The translations under genes were made by a program, and so were the position numbers. The notes below the pieces were generated by a model, which searched no databases, had not been told where the DNA came from, and saw only the letters and a program-made list of their open reading frames with translations. DNA of 64,000 nt, from contig MU061578.1 of NCBI GenBank assembly GCA_013265495.1, forward strand, positions 2,551,308-2,615,307, in the 5' to 3' direction. The stretch comes from Vicugna vicugna. Lineage: Eukaryota. Shown piece after piece: positions 23,985 through 36,554 of this stretch. Positions within the stretch are counted from its first letter, which is position 1, and each line of letters opens with the position of its first letter.

Positions 23985-24249
23985 TAATGGCCAGTTTGTA
24001 AATATTTTAGATTCTGTGGGCCAAGAGGCAAAACTGAGTATATTACCCTGGTGCTCATGTAACAAGACAGAAAGCATATTTCCATAAGCTTTTTATTGGC
24101 AGAATTCAAAACTCTGTTGATGACACTGAAATTGAATTTCATATAATTTTCACATGTCACAAAATATCATTGTTGTTACTGGTTTGTTTTTTTTTAATTA
24201 GTAGGACATAGATGTCCTAAAAGGAAATAGCTGTAGTTTGCCAAGCCCT
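23985..24249 (-). mobile_element. MER58B/D-like MITE
   Basis: gtaaatattttagattctgtgggccaagaggcaaaa...gacactgaaattgaatttcatataattttcacatgtcacaaaata...gtagtttgccaagccctg. Confidence 0.8.
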
Positions 24250-24289
24250 GATCTCCCATGTAGCACTAATAAGTCATAGCTCCTGAAGT

Positions 24290-24760
24290 CCAGTTCTTAC
24301 CAGCCCTGCCTTAAGAGAGTGTTCAGGGACTCCCCTTTCCCTTCCGGAGTAAGTGCCATCCTACCCCCTAGCATTCAAAGCCTCTTTGCTTGATCCGCAT
24401 CAGTATGTTCAATTTGACATTCCACTGCACCCCCTTCATACACCTTGTGTTTTAACTTGTTAAACTTGCTCATTCTTCCTCATACATATCCCATCCTTCC
24501 TGCTCCTGTGTCTTTGCTCACATGGCTCCCTTCTCCTACAATTCCTCCTCACAATCTCTGCACATTCAAATTCTGTCCTTCAAGAATGAACTCAAAGGTC
24601 ACCTCCTCCAAGAAGCCTTCCCTGATCTTCCCAAGTGGAGCTGACATTTCCCTCCTCCCAAATTCCAGGCCTCTTTATCTCTGTACCACATATGGCACTG
24701 GTCACCATCTAGCTAAAATTGTAAGTAAATGTCTCCCTGGCCAAGTAAACTGTGAATAAC
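24290..24760 (+). mobile_element. L2 fragment
   Basis: ctagcattcaaagcct...tgtgtctttgctcacatgg...ccttcaag...ctcaaaggtcacctcctccaagaagccttccctga. Confidence 0.8.
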
Positions 24761-26303
24761 ATGACACCCTGCAAAAAAGGGCTTCCACAAGTAATGCCAA
24801 AACTAGGGGTCTCAGGAGGTGATGTTCTGCCAAGAAAAACTCTTCTCAGCCTCCTCCCTACTCCATCCCTTCCCCTAGTTGCCCCATGAATGCTCCCAGC
24901 CACTGCAGGAGTGGAGAGGGCTGTTATCAAGACAAGGAAGATATTTCTTTAAACTCCAAAAGACCTTTGAAGGTTGAAGTGGAAAGGCAAAGCAGAGGTT
25001 GATCTGAGTCTGGAAATTTCCTCTACTGGCAGTTCATCTCTCCACCTTTGAAAATGTAATGAAGCCAAAGTCATACTAATACACAGGATGTAAACAGTGA
25101 GTCTGCTTGGACTCCAGAAGTGTCCTAAAATGGTATCATGCAGGTCAACACGACCCAGCCTGAAGAATGTTCTTACCCACTAATCTTGCCTCCCCACATA
25201 AGACAAAGTGGCTGAGGTAACGAGAGTTGACCTGGATCTCAGGGGAAAGCTACCAGACGGACACACAACTGCCGTCAAAGACTCAACTCCTTGACTCCAT
25301 GTGTAGCCCTTTCTGTTCTGATTGACAGGCCAGGAGGAGGGTGACAGCATAGCAGAAAGATCTGAGCCTTGCTGCCCTCCTCTGCCCAGGGCAGGAGAGC
25401 CAGCACCCAGGGTGGTGTCAGCATCACCTCCACTGTTGCACCACCTCCACCACACACAGAAGCACAGGCCAACCTGAGGGCTGCAGGTGGAACAATCGGT
25501 CTCAGAGGCTGGGCCATTTCATCTTCTCTCATCGACACACCCAGTAAGTAGACCTCACCCTGTACCACCACTATCTTTTCTGGGGAGATGGTGGCTGGTG
25601 TTAAGAAGGCTCCACTTAGTTGACTCATGTGGGTGGATGCGGGGGAAATTGAGATAAAATTCTGCAGTTTACTACAGTTGGCCCACAAACCCTTCTGGCC
25701 CAGAGTATCATCCCAGCCGGCCTCGGCTGCTGCCAGTGCAGCACAACCCGCTTCAAAGTCACTTTAAAACGTCTTCATAGACATCCTAAAAGGAAAGCAC
25801 CCATGTTCCACCTCCTTCTGCTTTTATGAAGCCATATAGATGTGTCCCCTTCTGTGGACAGCACTACTGTCTGTTTAATCCATGAAAAATGTGACATGAG
25901 AAAGGTCAGGCTGCTGTGCTCGAGGTCGGAAGGAAAGCTCTCCTGGAGAAGCCTTCCCTTTCACCAGCTGTGAACTCCAACACACTGAAGGGGACTGCAG
26001 AGGTCAGAACAGTGGTGGCTTAAACACAATGAACGTTCCTTCCTCCCTCGAAGAAGAGCCTGGGCAGATGCAGTCCAGGACCAACCTGGTGCAGGAGCCA
26101 GGCTCCTTTCCCCACATTCCCAACCACCCTCACCACGTGGCCGAGATGGCTCATTACCAAGCTTTTCTTCCATCAGAAGGAGGCAGCAAAGGGAGAAGAG
26201 CATGACATGCCCCCAGACCCCCACCACAGAAGTCATCCTGCACCCATTTCCCGCCCCCATAATAAACATCCCCTCGGCCAGACCTTAGTCACAAGGAAGG
26301 TAG

Positions 26304-26690
26304 CTACTCATTTTTTAGGGCTGCCACAACAAAACACCGCAGCCTGGGAGGCTTAAACAACCGAAATGTATCTTCTCATGGTTCTAGAGCCTGGAAGTCC
26401 AAGATCAAGGTGTTGGCAGGTTTGGTTTCTCCTTGGTTTGCAGGTAGCCATCTTCTCCCTGTGTCCTTGTGTGACCTTTCATCTGTGTGCATCCCTGGTG
26501 CCTCTGTGTGTCCAAATTTCCTCCTCTTAGAAGGACACCACTCAGATTGGATTAGGGCCCACCCTAACAGCCTCGTTTTGATTGAATCACCTCCTCAAAG
26601 ACCTTATCTTCAAATATTGCCACATTCAGAGGTACTAGGGAAGGGCTTCATCATATGAATCTGGGGGGACACAATCAGCTCATTACAGCA
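26304..26690 (-). mobile_element. MLT1B-like solo LTR nested in an older MLT1 fragment
   Basis: tagggctgccacaacaaaacacc...ggaagtccaagatcaaggtgttggcagg...gattggattagggcccacccta; TSD ggtag/ggtaa. Confidence 0.9.
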
Positions 26691-27084
26691 GGTAATGTAG
26701 TCTTGATCATGGAAAGCTATGTGTCTGCTTAAAATCAGGGCTAGGAGACTATTGATAGGAAAGGGAAGATGGATTGGAGGGTTAATTAGCTATCTTTGCC
26801 CCAGGCAGGGTCCTCTCCCAGTTCATGGTATATACAGCTCACAGTCTTTGGCACCAAAGAGTTACTCAAATATTTGAATAACTAAAGAGAGATGAAGGAA
26901 ATGAAATCCATGACAGTGCTGGAGAACTCGTGCTCAGGGGCTGGGTCTGTCGAGGCGCTGATTCTCCATTGCTGGGCTAGAATGGAGACCACACGACTGG
27001 TCCATCTCTGGGTTTTGCAGAGGTGATGCTCTTTGTGTGGACAGGAGAGCACCCAAGAGCTCCAAAAGGAGGTGGAACACCCAC

Positions 27085-27185
27085 AGAGCAGGTTTTTTTC
27101 ATCCCTTTCGTTCCCTGCTACATCTCTAGCACACAGAAGAGTGCCCAGCACTTAGCAGGTGCTCAGTAAACTGAATGAATGCATA
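27085..27185 (+). mobile_element. L2 3' terminus
   Basis: ttccctgctacatctctagcacacagaagagtgcccagcacttagcaggtgctcagtaaactgaatgaatg. Confidence 0.8.
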
Positions 27186-27509
27186 AGAGGAAACCCAAAA
27201 GGGGGAACTGCACACAGGTGCAGGACCCCACTGACAGGAACCCATCCCAAACTGTACCCCACGTGTGATCCCGGCACAATGTTCTTCCTCACATGCTCAG
27301 CCATCTATATTCCACTATTTAAAATGACTGCTGCTGTGAACAGAGCCCACCTTCCTAATTAGAAGAGAGGGTAATATATAAGAGAAGGAAAGGCGTGATG
27401 CCAACCAGACCCATTGTTCTGACTGAGACCCACCTTTTAAGCAGGTGTGCTCTGAAAATATCTGTAGTTCTTTGAAAGATTCACCCAGCTCCCTGGGGAG
27501 CCGTTTGCC

Positions 27510-27740
27510 TGATAGTCAGAAGCATGGATTCTCAGTGTTAGTTCACACATTTGTAAACATTTGTATGAACTTTCAGGTGTATTACTAAACAATTCAGTGC
27601 CTCAGTTTCCTTCCTTGTAAAACGGGAGGATTACAGCACATACCACGGAGGCTGTCCAGGCCTTAAATGAAGCCATGCAGGAAGGCCCTTTAGAGAGGAG
27701 CCTGGCACAGAGTAAGTCCTCTGAAAACACTAGTGCCTGT
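27510..27740 (+). mobile_element. MIR SINE
   Basis: cagtgcctcagtttccttccttgtaaaacggga...gcctggcacagagtaagt. Confidence 0.75.
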
Positions 27741-28149
27741 CCCTGGTTATTCCAAGTGTCCTCATCGGCCTCATAAGGATAAAGACGGCTGGAGTCTAGA
27801 CGGAAACTCTAGTCGTTCATTTAAATTTTTCAACCCTGTGTTCTCTGCTTCTTCAATGTTCTAGAGAATACACAAGGAAGATGGGCTAAAGTTACAGCCA
27901 TAAGAATTGGGGAAACCCTGCCTGCTTATATTACTAAACACAGGAATGCATTGCTACGGGATGGCCTTCCTCAACAAGAGACAATGTGCTTGGAGGTCTA
28001 GGGATGCACATGGGGACCCCGGAAGGCTCTGGATTAGATTTAAAGGGAAGGAGTCAACACTAAGTACTTCTGCTTGGGGAGGTCCCCATGGAACCATGGC
28101 ACCAAGGGTCAACCTCTTCCTGCCCCCTGCAAAGGCCAGAATGCTTTAA

Positions 28150-28870
28150 AGGATGGGACTTGGGCTTTTGTTTCTTAAACAAAATTCAGAAATGTGCACA
28201 ATGGTGAGAGTGTTTTAAAAACATGTACTGCAGCTTGTTAAAGCATTGGAAATAAAAGCAAGAGTTGCTGAGTTAGAGTACCCAATATGAAAGCAGCATA
28301 CTTTCATCTGAAGTTCCTCTAAATAGATGTTATTTTCCCTTGCTGTAAAGGTAGGCTATTTCCTTTATTACTCTTTACCCAAGAAAAACAAGGAAGGGAG
28401 GGGATGCCCACATCAGTCACTTGCCTCGACATTGCAAAGCAATTCTTAACAGCATTAATATTGCAATAGCCACGGAGAAGAAAGTGGGAGGGTTTCCTTG
28501 TATGGGAACAGCACTGAGAGATGAAAATGCAGTCGCAAGCATAAAGAAAGTTATTATGAAATCTGCTCAAGCCTCGTGTTTCTCCAACGATTCAAGATAA
28601 TCGCATTAGCGGCTTCAAACATTATGCAGTGACATCATTCAAACAGATAGCTCCCAGAGGTTGGATATGAGACCAGGGAATTACCATCTGTCATACGTCT
28701 ATGACAAATCGAACGGTCTGACCTGATTTGTTACTAGTTGGAGCATGTGTGGGTCTCTTTGACTATGATCACCTTTCTCACTTAACGATCCTCCCTGCTC
28801 ATGAAGGACCCCCGTGGAACCCATAACATCTCATTGGAATAAGGAACAGGCAACTCCTTATAACCCAAGG
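28150..28870. promoter_or_regulatory. Repeat-free candidate conserved non-coding element
   Basis: No repeat signature, retained CpGs, C/EBP-like ATTGCAA sites, ATTAAT, inverted TGTCATA/TATGACA (28689-28706). Confidence 0.25.
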
Positions 28871-28989
28871 TCAAGTGAGTGAGGTGTGGATCTTCTTATT
28901 GGCCAGGGTCTGTCAAAGAGCAAGGGGGAAAACCTTTCCTTGTTTCAAAGGTTGGTTTAAACCTCCCAAGACTGGAGGTCAAGTATTGC

Positions 28990-29190
28990 AATTTGGGAAA
29001 CAAACAGACCCAGGTTGGAGACCCAGTTCTGCTACTTTCTGAATGTGGGACTCTGCTCACTTGCAACATCAAGATAATAATAGTCTCTAACTCTTGGAGC
29101 TGTTGTGAAAATTAAGTGAAGTAACATATATAAAGTATTTAACCACAATATTTGGCACAGAGAGAGCACTTAATAAACAGTATCTAGGAC
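28990..29190 (+). mobile_element. MIR SINE
   Basis: cagacccaggttggagacccagttctgctactt...gataataatagt...tgttgtgaaaattaagtga...tggcacagagagagcacttaataaa. Confidence 0.75.
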
Positions 29191-29274
29191 TGTCACAAGA
29201 TTTCAAATAACAAAGGAGAACCACCAGGAATGGTTTGTAGGAATCATATCTAATCCTCCAAACACAGTATTGAT

Positions 29275-29716
29275 ATCACTCTGGGTTCTTTCTTCCCTGG
29301 TGTCCATGCAGCGGAGGTGCATGGAGCCCACACCCGCTCAGGCCAACTTGACAGTCACCAGCAGCTTTAGGGGACAGTACCCACCCACATCGATGGCTCC
29401 CTTCTCCAGCCCCAAGAGCATGGTCAGACTGTTCTGGGCAGGCTGAGAGTTGCAAAGAGACACCCTCTGGAGCGACCCTCAACCAGTGAGAGGTAAGAAC
29501 AGCTGGACATCGGGTAGGAAAGCTCTTAGGGGTGCTCTGTGCCATCTCCAGAGTCCCTCGTAAGACCATGTACCAATTGCCCAGAGCAGGAAGCTGCTCA
29601 CGGCTCCCTTCGTTCCCTTTCTTCCCCACTCCCTCATCATGGGATCACCCCAAATAAACCATTGTATCCAAACCCTCGTCTTGGAGTCTGCTTTTCAAGG
29701 AACCCAAACCAAGACA
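29275..29716 (+). mobile_element. ERVL LTR16-family solo LTR
   Basis: accctcaaccagtgag...gggatcaccccaaataaaccattgtatccaaaccctcgtcttggagtctgcttttcaaggaacccaaaccaagaca. Confidence 0.8.
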
Positions 29717-29789
29717 ATCCAAATGAGGCTTCCTCCTTCTCGGCATCTCCCAGCTCATCTGCGACCCCATCGGTCAACATGACACAATG

Positions 29790-29980
29790 GAGGGAGCTCG
29801 GGCAGTGACAATTAACAAACTGGGTTCAAATCCCAACTCTGTCACTTACTAGTGGTGCAAGCAAATTAATTCCCCTCTCTGGACCTCCATCTCTCCATCA
29901 GAAAAGCAATACCTACCTCATAGGGGTTTAAGGGAGAATTCTGGCACAGAGTTAGTTCAATTTTTGTAGCTTTTTATTAG
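29790..29980 (+). mobile_element. MIR SINE
   Basis: ctgggttcaaatcccaactctgtcacttactag. Confidence 0.8.
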
Positions 29981-30968
29981 CTGGTTGGAGCTTCCTAAAA
30001 AGAAATAGGGGCCCAAGGTTTCCAGAGATGCCTGGAGAAATTGAGTGCTTGGCACAAAGGAATGAGTGCCAAAAAGCAGCATTTCAAATATTCGCTTGGG
30101 GAGATATTTTTAGGTAGAGAATGAAGTAACTATCATCATGGGAAGTGAAATCTCCAGGAATATAAAAGGCTGATCCTATTGCCAGACCCTTAACACTAAG
30201 GACCAGAGAAACTGGTTCCTTGGCCAAGGCCACTCTTGCCGTTGGCAGCCTGTAATTGGAACCGGAATGTTTCTCAGATGTTGCCAAGTTGATCGGCAAC
30301 TGATTTATTTTTCTAGAAAATGAGTGACAGCTGCACAACAACTTTTAAGTCGTCAAGAGGGAAGGGAAAAAAATCACAACCCAGTGGCTCTGTGCCCTCC
30401 CTGTTCACCCCAGGGGACCGCTGGTACTTCCACATCTCAAACCAGCACAAATTCAAGTTAAAACTTAGCACTTGGTTAGAACTTCTAGGAGGAGTTGTCC
30501 CTAAATAAATGTGAAGGAAACTGAAAAATTAATGAAGTTATGGGCAACCTGAGCACTGACAGTTTTCAAAACATCCTCCAACGCTTTCCTAATTAAGGGA
30601 TCTGGCTGCCGGCTTCTGCGTCTGGTAACCCGAGTCGGGGAATCCCTGAGGGAGGGAAGGAAGAACTACCAGCTCTAGGCTGGTTTTTCCAAGAGAAGGG
30701 AAAACCAACAATGCAATTGTGAGTTTACCTGTGGACTCTCTGAATGAAGGCTCCGACCAGGATGACAAAGGAGACTGTCTGGGAGCTGCGATTCCAGGGG
30801 AGAGCTCTGTGGAGTGCACAGCGCACCCGAGCAAACGCCTTGGCAGAAAATTGAGTAGACAGAATCATCCAAGCAGTGGAGAAATGAAGTATCCTGGGAG
30901 CCCCTGCAGCCCAAGGGAAATACTCCTGTCTCTTCTGATCCTGGTGAAATAGTAATTAGACAGACAGG

Positions 30969-31236
30969 GTGCCTGCCCCCAAGGACACGGACGCACAGGG
31001 AGACAAGCAGATAATCACACAAGTAATTTCCTACTGTGTACAGAAGAGCCACAGATCCAAAGTACAAGGTGCTACCTAGTCTTGGAGGTTGGAAAGGTCA
31101 GTGCCTGCCCCCAAGGACACGGACGCACAGGGAGACAGACAAGCAGATAATCACACAAGTAATTTCCTACTGTGTACAGAAGAGCCACAGATCCAAAGTA
31201 CAAGGTGCTACCTAGTCTTGGAGGTTGGAAAGGTCA
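30969..31236. repeat. Tandem duplication (132 + 136 bp) within a probable antisense L2 fragment
   Basis: 30969-31100 and 31101-31236 are identical except for a 4-bp AGAC insertion in copy 2. Confidence 0.97.
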
Positions 31237-31734
31237 GATCTGCTGAGATGTGAAGGGTGAGTTCTCCAGGCAAGGGAGAAAAAGGAGGTATATTCCAGAC
31301 AGAGCAAACAGCCTGCATGGAAGCCCTCAATTCCATGTCACTTTGGAGGATCTGAAGGAAGGCTCTCACGACGGAAGCTGGAGAGGGAGGGCAAAGTTAA
31401 ACAAAATAACTTTGCAATGTGCCTGGCACATCGTAGACTCTCGATGTTAACTGATATCTTCATGGTGGTGGTGCCTTTACTAGCTCTATTCATGAGACGC
31501 TATCAGGGCATTATACCTGCTGTTAAAACTATTCTCAGAATGTTGAGATGATTTCTGTGGTTGCTCATGAACTGCGTGTTGGAAAGACGTCCACCCTACA
31601 GCCCCAGAAGTACCTTCTCTGCGCCTCGGCAGTCTCCCTAGCTCTGAAGATAACCTGGGATCACCCTTCTCTGTCACATTCAGCAACCATCGTCCATCAT
31701 CCCAAGCCTCACATGTGTGCAGCCTGATCGGCAC

Positions 31735-31835
31735 ACTCAATGCTCGGCTGTTGCCATCTGGAAATGCCTCATTTTTAAACAAGAGGCCTCACATTTGTAT
31801 TTTGCCCTGTGCCCAGCAAATTATGCAGCGGGCCT
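31735..31835 (+). mobile_element. MER45A partial
   Basis: aatgctcggctgttgccatctggaaat...aacaagaggcctcacatttgtattttgccctgtgcccagcaaattatgcagcgggcctg; reverse-similar to 49050-49223. Confidence 0.8.
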
Positions 31836-32134
31836 GCCTTGCCCCCAAGCAGTTGATCGAAGTCCATCTTTCCCCCTTTTACAGGAGGAAGGATGGTCAA
31901 AAGAACAAGGATGTTTCCTTCTAGTGATACCTCTCGGGCTGTTTTATAACCTGGCCCTCTGGGCAGCTACCCAGTTGGCCCACTCCTTAACCTATTTCTG
32001 GGGCCAAAAACTGCTGGGATCCCTGGACAGCAACTGTGCTCATGTTTACGGTTCTTCTTTTCACCACGTTAGGCAAATTGGCAGCATCGGAAGACAGGAG
32101 TTCATCACCAATAAAAGTAACAACACTGGACCTG

Positions 32135-32320
32135 CCTAGACTTGGGTTCAAATCCCAACTCTGCTTTTGACCCACTGGGTGACTTTGGGTAAGACACTTA
32201 ACCTCTCCCCAAGTGTCCATTTCCTCTGAATCTCTAAACCTGAAAAGGTAAGAGAACCTCAGGCTTGTTGCGAAGGTTAAATGAGACCAGGGTGCATAGT
32301 AAGCACTCTGTGTTCACCAC
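32135..32320 (+). mobile_element. MIR SINE
   Basis: gacttgggttcaaatcccaactctgc...gtgactttgggtaagacacttaacctctc. Confidence 0.85.
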
Positions 32321-33528
32321 TAGCCTCTCTTGAGTTGCCCTCATGTCTCCCTGGTCTGCATGCAGTTCTGGCGTGGGTATCAGTCAGGGTACACACCTAG
32401 TCACCCCAGAAACCAAAAGGGCTCTGGACGCTTCCCCGACTAGATCTTCCTCTCGAAGTGCTTGTACTGCTGGAGGAGCAGGCTATAAACTCCGCCAGTC
32501 ATCCTCTTCTCTAAACTGAGCTGGAACGATAAAGATGGGAGGCTTTGGGGCATGTTTTTCATTGATTTCATCATCCATTGATTCCAGACAAGACTGTTGG
32601 GCATTGTCGTCTGTGGAGACCTGGAGCTGCTAGCTCTCCAGCCTTTGCTTCAACCCTGGGGGTTCCCCCACATCCTTCCAATAAGCCCCTTCTTTCTCAC
32701 ATTAGTCACAGTAGCTACGTTGTTTGCAATGAAAGATTCTAACTCAAACATCATTTTGGGGGGAGTGGGGGCAGATATGCAGATTTTTAACTCACTCAGA
32801 GCATCAGACGCAGCCCCAGGGTGGCACAAAGCTGATCACTGGGGTAAAGAGGGATGCTCTCTCCCCCAGTATCCAGCGGCAGACACATGTGTACCTGGCC
32901 CAAGGGAAGGCTCCTAACAAGCCAGCCAGCTTAGCGCCTTTCCACCCACAGGAAAACACTTACACATTGCCTTGAGTTTCAGAGCACAGAAAACAGAGCT
33001 GCCTGGTGCTGATGAGCTCCCCGAGCAGAGGGGCCCCCGAGTCTGCAGCACTGATCTCAGGAGGGGGCCTGTCCACTAATTATCCCTTGCCCTCCAGCCT
33101 TCCTCCAGCATGTCAGCAGCGCACGGAGCTGATCAGGCAGAGCGGTCCCCAGGTCTGCAATGTCCGCAGATGGAGCAGGAGGCTGCCAATGTGGGATGAC
33201 GAGGAGACAATGGAGCAATGTTCACAACGGCCTCTGCCCCCAAAGGAGCAATTTATTCTGCAGGACAGCAATTGCTCCATCCTCACAGAGTCCTTTGAAT
33301 AAGCAGATGCCCATGAGAGATCATTTTACTAAACTTTAACATAAATTTATGTTTTTAGATTGCTTTCCCACTGGAACAAAGACTCTGGAGCAGGAACAGA
33401 GAAAAAGAATCATCAAGAAACATCAAATTCAGAACTGAAAAGTCCCTTACAGATCATTCGTTCCAGCAACCCCATTTTACAGATTAGAAAACTGAGGCTC
33501 AGAGAGGAAACTGTTTACTCTGGATCCC

Positions 33529-33996
33529 TGTTATGTGTTGAACTGTGCTCTGCCCCATAAATTTGTGTGTTGAAGTCCTAACCCTCCAGTACTTCAGAAT
33601 GTGACCTTATTTGAAAATAGGGCCATTGTAGACATAATGAGTTTAGATGGGGTCATATGGGAATATGGTGGGCCCTAATCCAATATGACTAGTGTCCTTA
33701 TAAAAAGGGGAATTTGGAGACAGACACGCACACAGGGAGAACAGCATGTGAAGATGAAGGCAGAGATCGAGGTCATATATCTTCAAGCTAAGGAACACCA
33801 AAAATTGCCAGCAAGCCACTAGAAGCTAGGAGAGAGGCATAGGATAGATTCTTCCTTACAGCTCTAAAAAGGAATGAATCCCACCAACACCTTGATCTTG
33901 TACCTCCAACCTCCAGAACTGTGAGACAATACATTTCTGTTCGTTACACCATCCAGTTTGTGGTACTTTGTCTGGCAGTCCTAGGAAACTAATAAA
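33529..33996 (+). mobile_element. MLT1C solo LTR
   Basis: tgttatgtgttgaactgtg...gaagtcctaaccctccagtacttcagaatgtgaccttatttgaaaataggg...ctaggaaactaat; TSD atccc/gtccc. Confidence 0.93.
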
Positions 33997-34839
33997 GTCC
34001 CCTGGCAACTCTTAATATATTCCAAACTCATTATTATTATTACTTATTGTCATTTTATATGGCTTATATCCCATCTCATTCCACCAAGGATTTCAAGCAG
34101 CATTTAAAGAACAGATGAAAAAATACACATATATGAATAAAATTAGCATCAGGAAAAATTTTTAAAATGAAACAAGTCAAAAACAGACAATAAAATGAGA
34201 CCCATAAAGTCCAGTTACTAATTAAGCCACAAATTGGACTGGTAGGTTCCTACTAGGCAAAGCCAAAATAGAAATATGATCAAGCAAAGAAACCTTTCTT
34301 GGTACTGAACCATATAAAAACAGAGGATGATAAGAAATCTAACAGGTCATATTCTCAACAGCACCCATGTGACAGATGAAATAACAATTTTATAAGGTAA
34401 GAAATTTAGCCAGAAAATCATTTCTGAAGCCAAGACTGGCCCTCGGGACTCCTGCATCCTACGTGATGTTCTTTCTTGCATTCATTCAACAACGTTCTTG
34501 AATGCTGCCTATGTGCCAGGTGCAGGGGGCACAGTAATGAACAAGACACAACGTGGCTGCAAGAAGCTGATGACCTGGTCTCTGTAATCTAGTGGGGGAT
34601 GGGGCCAGGCATACAAACAATTATCTTGCCCTTAGACAAGGGCTGTGGGTCCATGACCCTAGCACAGAGGTCTCACCAAGTACATTGTGATTGGAAATCC
34701 CGGTTTCAAAGAATAGAAATTCCCTGTGGTAGCTATGGAAAGGAGCGATTTCAGCTTAGGATACAGGTGTGCCCTGTGTCTGGCAGATCAGAATCCAAGG
34801 ACAGGGATACTGTCAGACCTTAGCATGGGCTGGAACCAA

Positions 34840-34990
34840 AGCCTGGGGCATAGTGCATGGATCAGCAGCATCAGCATCACCCATGACCTTGTTAGAAATG
34901 CAGAATTTCAGGCCCTACTCTAGACCTACTGAATCAGAATCTGCATTTTTCCAAAATCTTTGGAGGTTTGTATGCACATTTAAGTTGCTG
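34840..34990 (+). mobile_element. MER5A
   Basis: atcagcagcatcagcatcacc...cttgttagaaatgcagaatttcaggccctactctagacctactgaatcagaatctgcatttt. Confidence 0.9.
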
Positions 34991-35409
34991 CAGGGACTCC
35001 AGAATTCTTCTCTTTCTCTCTCTCTCTCTCTCATATCTGAACATGTACTTCACTCTTCTCTCCTTGTAAGACTGATTTCTTCTGTTCTCTTGTCCACAAC
35101 ACAGAAGCCATGGCTACTGTCTGCACTTGCCTACATCCCAGAGTGAGCTGTGGCTCCCTCTTTCTCAGTTTCAATTTTAAATTCCTGGCAGAGGCCTCTG
35201 ATTGGTCCAGACATGGTCAGATGCTCATCCCCAGGACAATCAGCTACAGCCAAGGAGCATGACCACACAGAACAGAATGGCTGCTGGGAACCCAACAATT
35301 GCATCATGTGGTGATGCGATGGGTGGGAAGTGCAGTTCCCAGGGAAGGGCTCAGGTAACCACCCCGAGGGTGTGCACACTAAATGCTCATGGGGTTCACA
35401 TTTGGGCAG

Positions 35410-35680
35410 CGGCAGAGCATGGTGGTTTAAGAGCACAGGATCTGGGTCAGGCTACCCATGTTCCACTTCTAGCTCCATTGCTTTTGAATTGTGTGGCCAT
35501 AAGCAAGTTGCTTAAACTATGGCTTTAGTTTCTTCATCTATTGGATGGAATAAAGTAATAGGACCTACATCACTGGGTACCCGTGAAGCTTGAATGAAAT
35601 GATGCACGTAAAGCATTTAGCCCAATGCCCGGCAACAAAGCAAGCACTTGATAAGTATCAGCTATTGTTATCAGTAGTGG
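35410..35680 (+). mobile_element. MIR SINE (near full length)
   Basis: agcatggtggtttaagagcacagg...aagcaagttgcttaa...agtttcttcatct...gtaaagcatttagc...agcacttgataa. Confidence 0.85.
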
Positions 35681-36099
35681 CAATGAAGACAACGAGGATG
35701 ATATCTAGACAACATCAGTTTAATCAAGCCAATCAATTTTCTCCTCAACAAGTCTAGTGATGCCTTAGGGGACTTTGACTACAGTCTTAGAATTCACCTT
35801 CTAGCACTCATTAAGTTTGCCATTCTCAACCATCACTTTAATTGATATCATTAGTCCCCTTTTGGTGTCCGTTCATTCATCCCACAAGTATGTTTTGTAT
35901 GGCTACTCCGGGCCTAACACCGTGCTAGGAGTGGGGACGCAAGAAAGAGACAAAAGTCGAAACTGACAATCCAATAAATTTTTCCCCGAAGCACAGGTGC
36001 ATACAATCACTAGTCCTAGAGGGGACTTTATGGAGGTGACCTTAAGGAGAACATGAGCACGGCAGTAAATAATGTTGAGTCATAAGGAGAGCTAGTCCC

Positions 36100-36554
36100 T
36101 GTAGAGTTTCCTATTGCTGTCATAACAAATCACCACAAATGCATTGGCTTAAAACAACAGAAACATATTCTCTCACAATTCTAGAGGCCAGAAGTCCAAG
36201 ATGAACATGTCGGCAGGGTGGCTTCCTTCTGCAGGCTGAGGGAGAACCCATTCCATGCCTCCCTTATAGCTGCTGGCAATTCTTGGCATTCCCTTGGCTT
36301 GTAGAGGCAGCCCTTCAATCTCTGCCTCCGTCTTCATGTGGCCTTTCCTTCTGTGTGTCTCTGGTCTCATATCTCCCTCTCCTTTCTAAGGATACCAGTC
36401 GTTGGATTTAGGACCCACCCTAGGATGGTCTCATCCTGAGATATTTAACTTAATTGCATCAACAAAGACATTATTTCTAAATAAGGTCACATTCTCAGGT
36501 ACTGGTTAGGACTTGGACATATTTTTGGAGGAGGACACTCTTCAATCTACTACA
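36100..36554 (-). mobile_element. MLT1C solo LTR
   Basis: gtttcctattgctgtcataacaaatcaccacaaa...ggccagaagtccaagat...cttggcattcccttggcttgtag...aaataaggtcacattctcaggtactgg. Confidence 0.92.

Noticed and set aside
30969..31236. CRISPR-like or other repeat-spacer array
   Set aside because: Only two adjacent copies with no spacers, in mammalian DNA.
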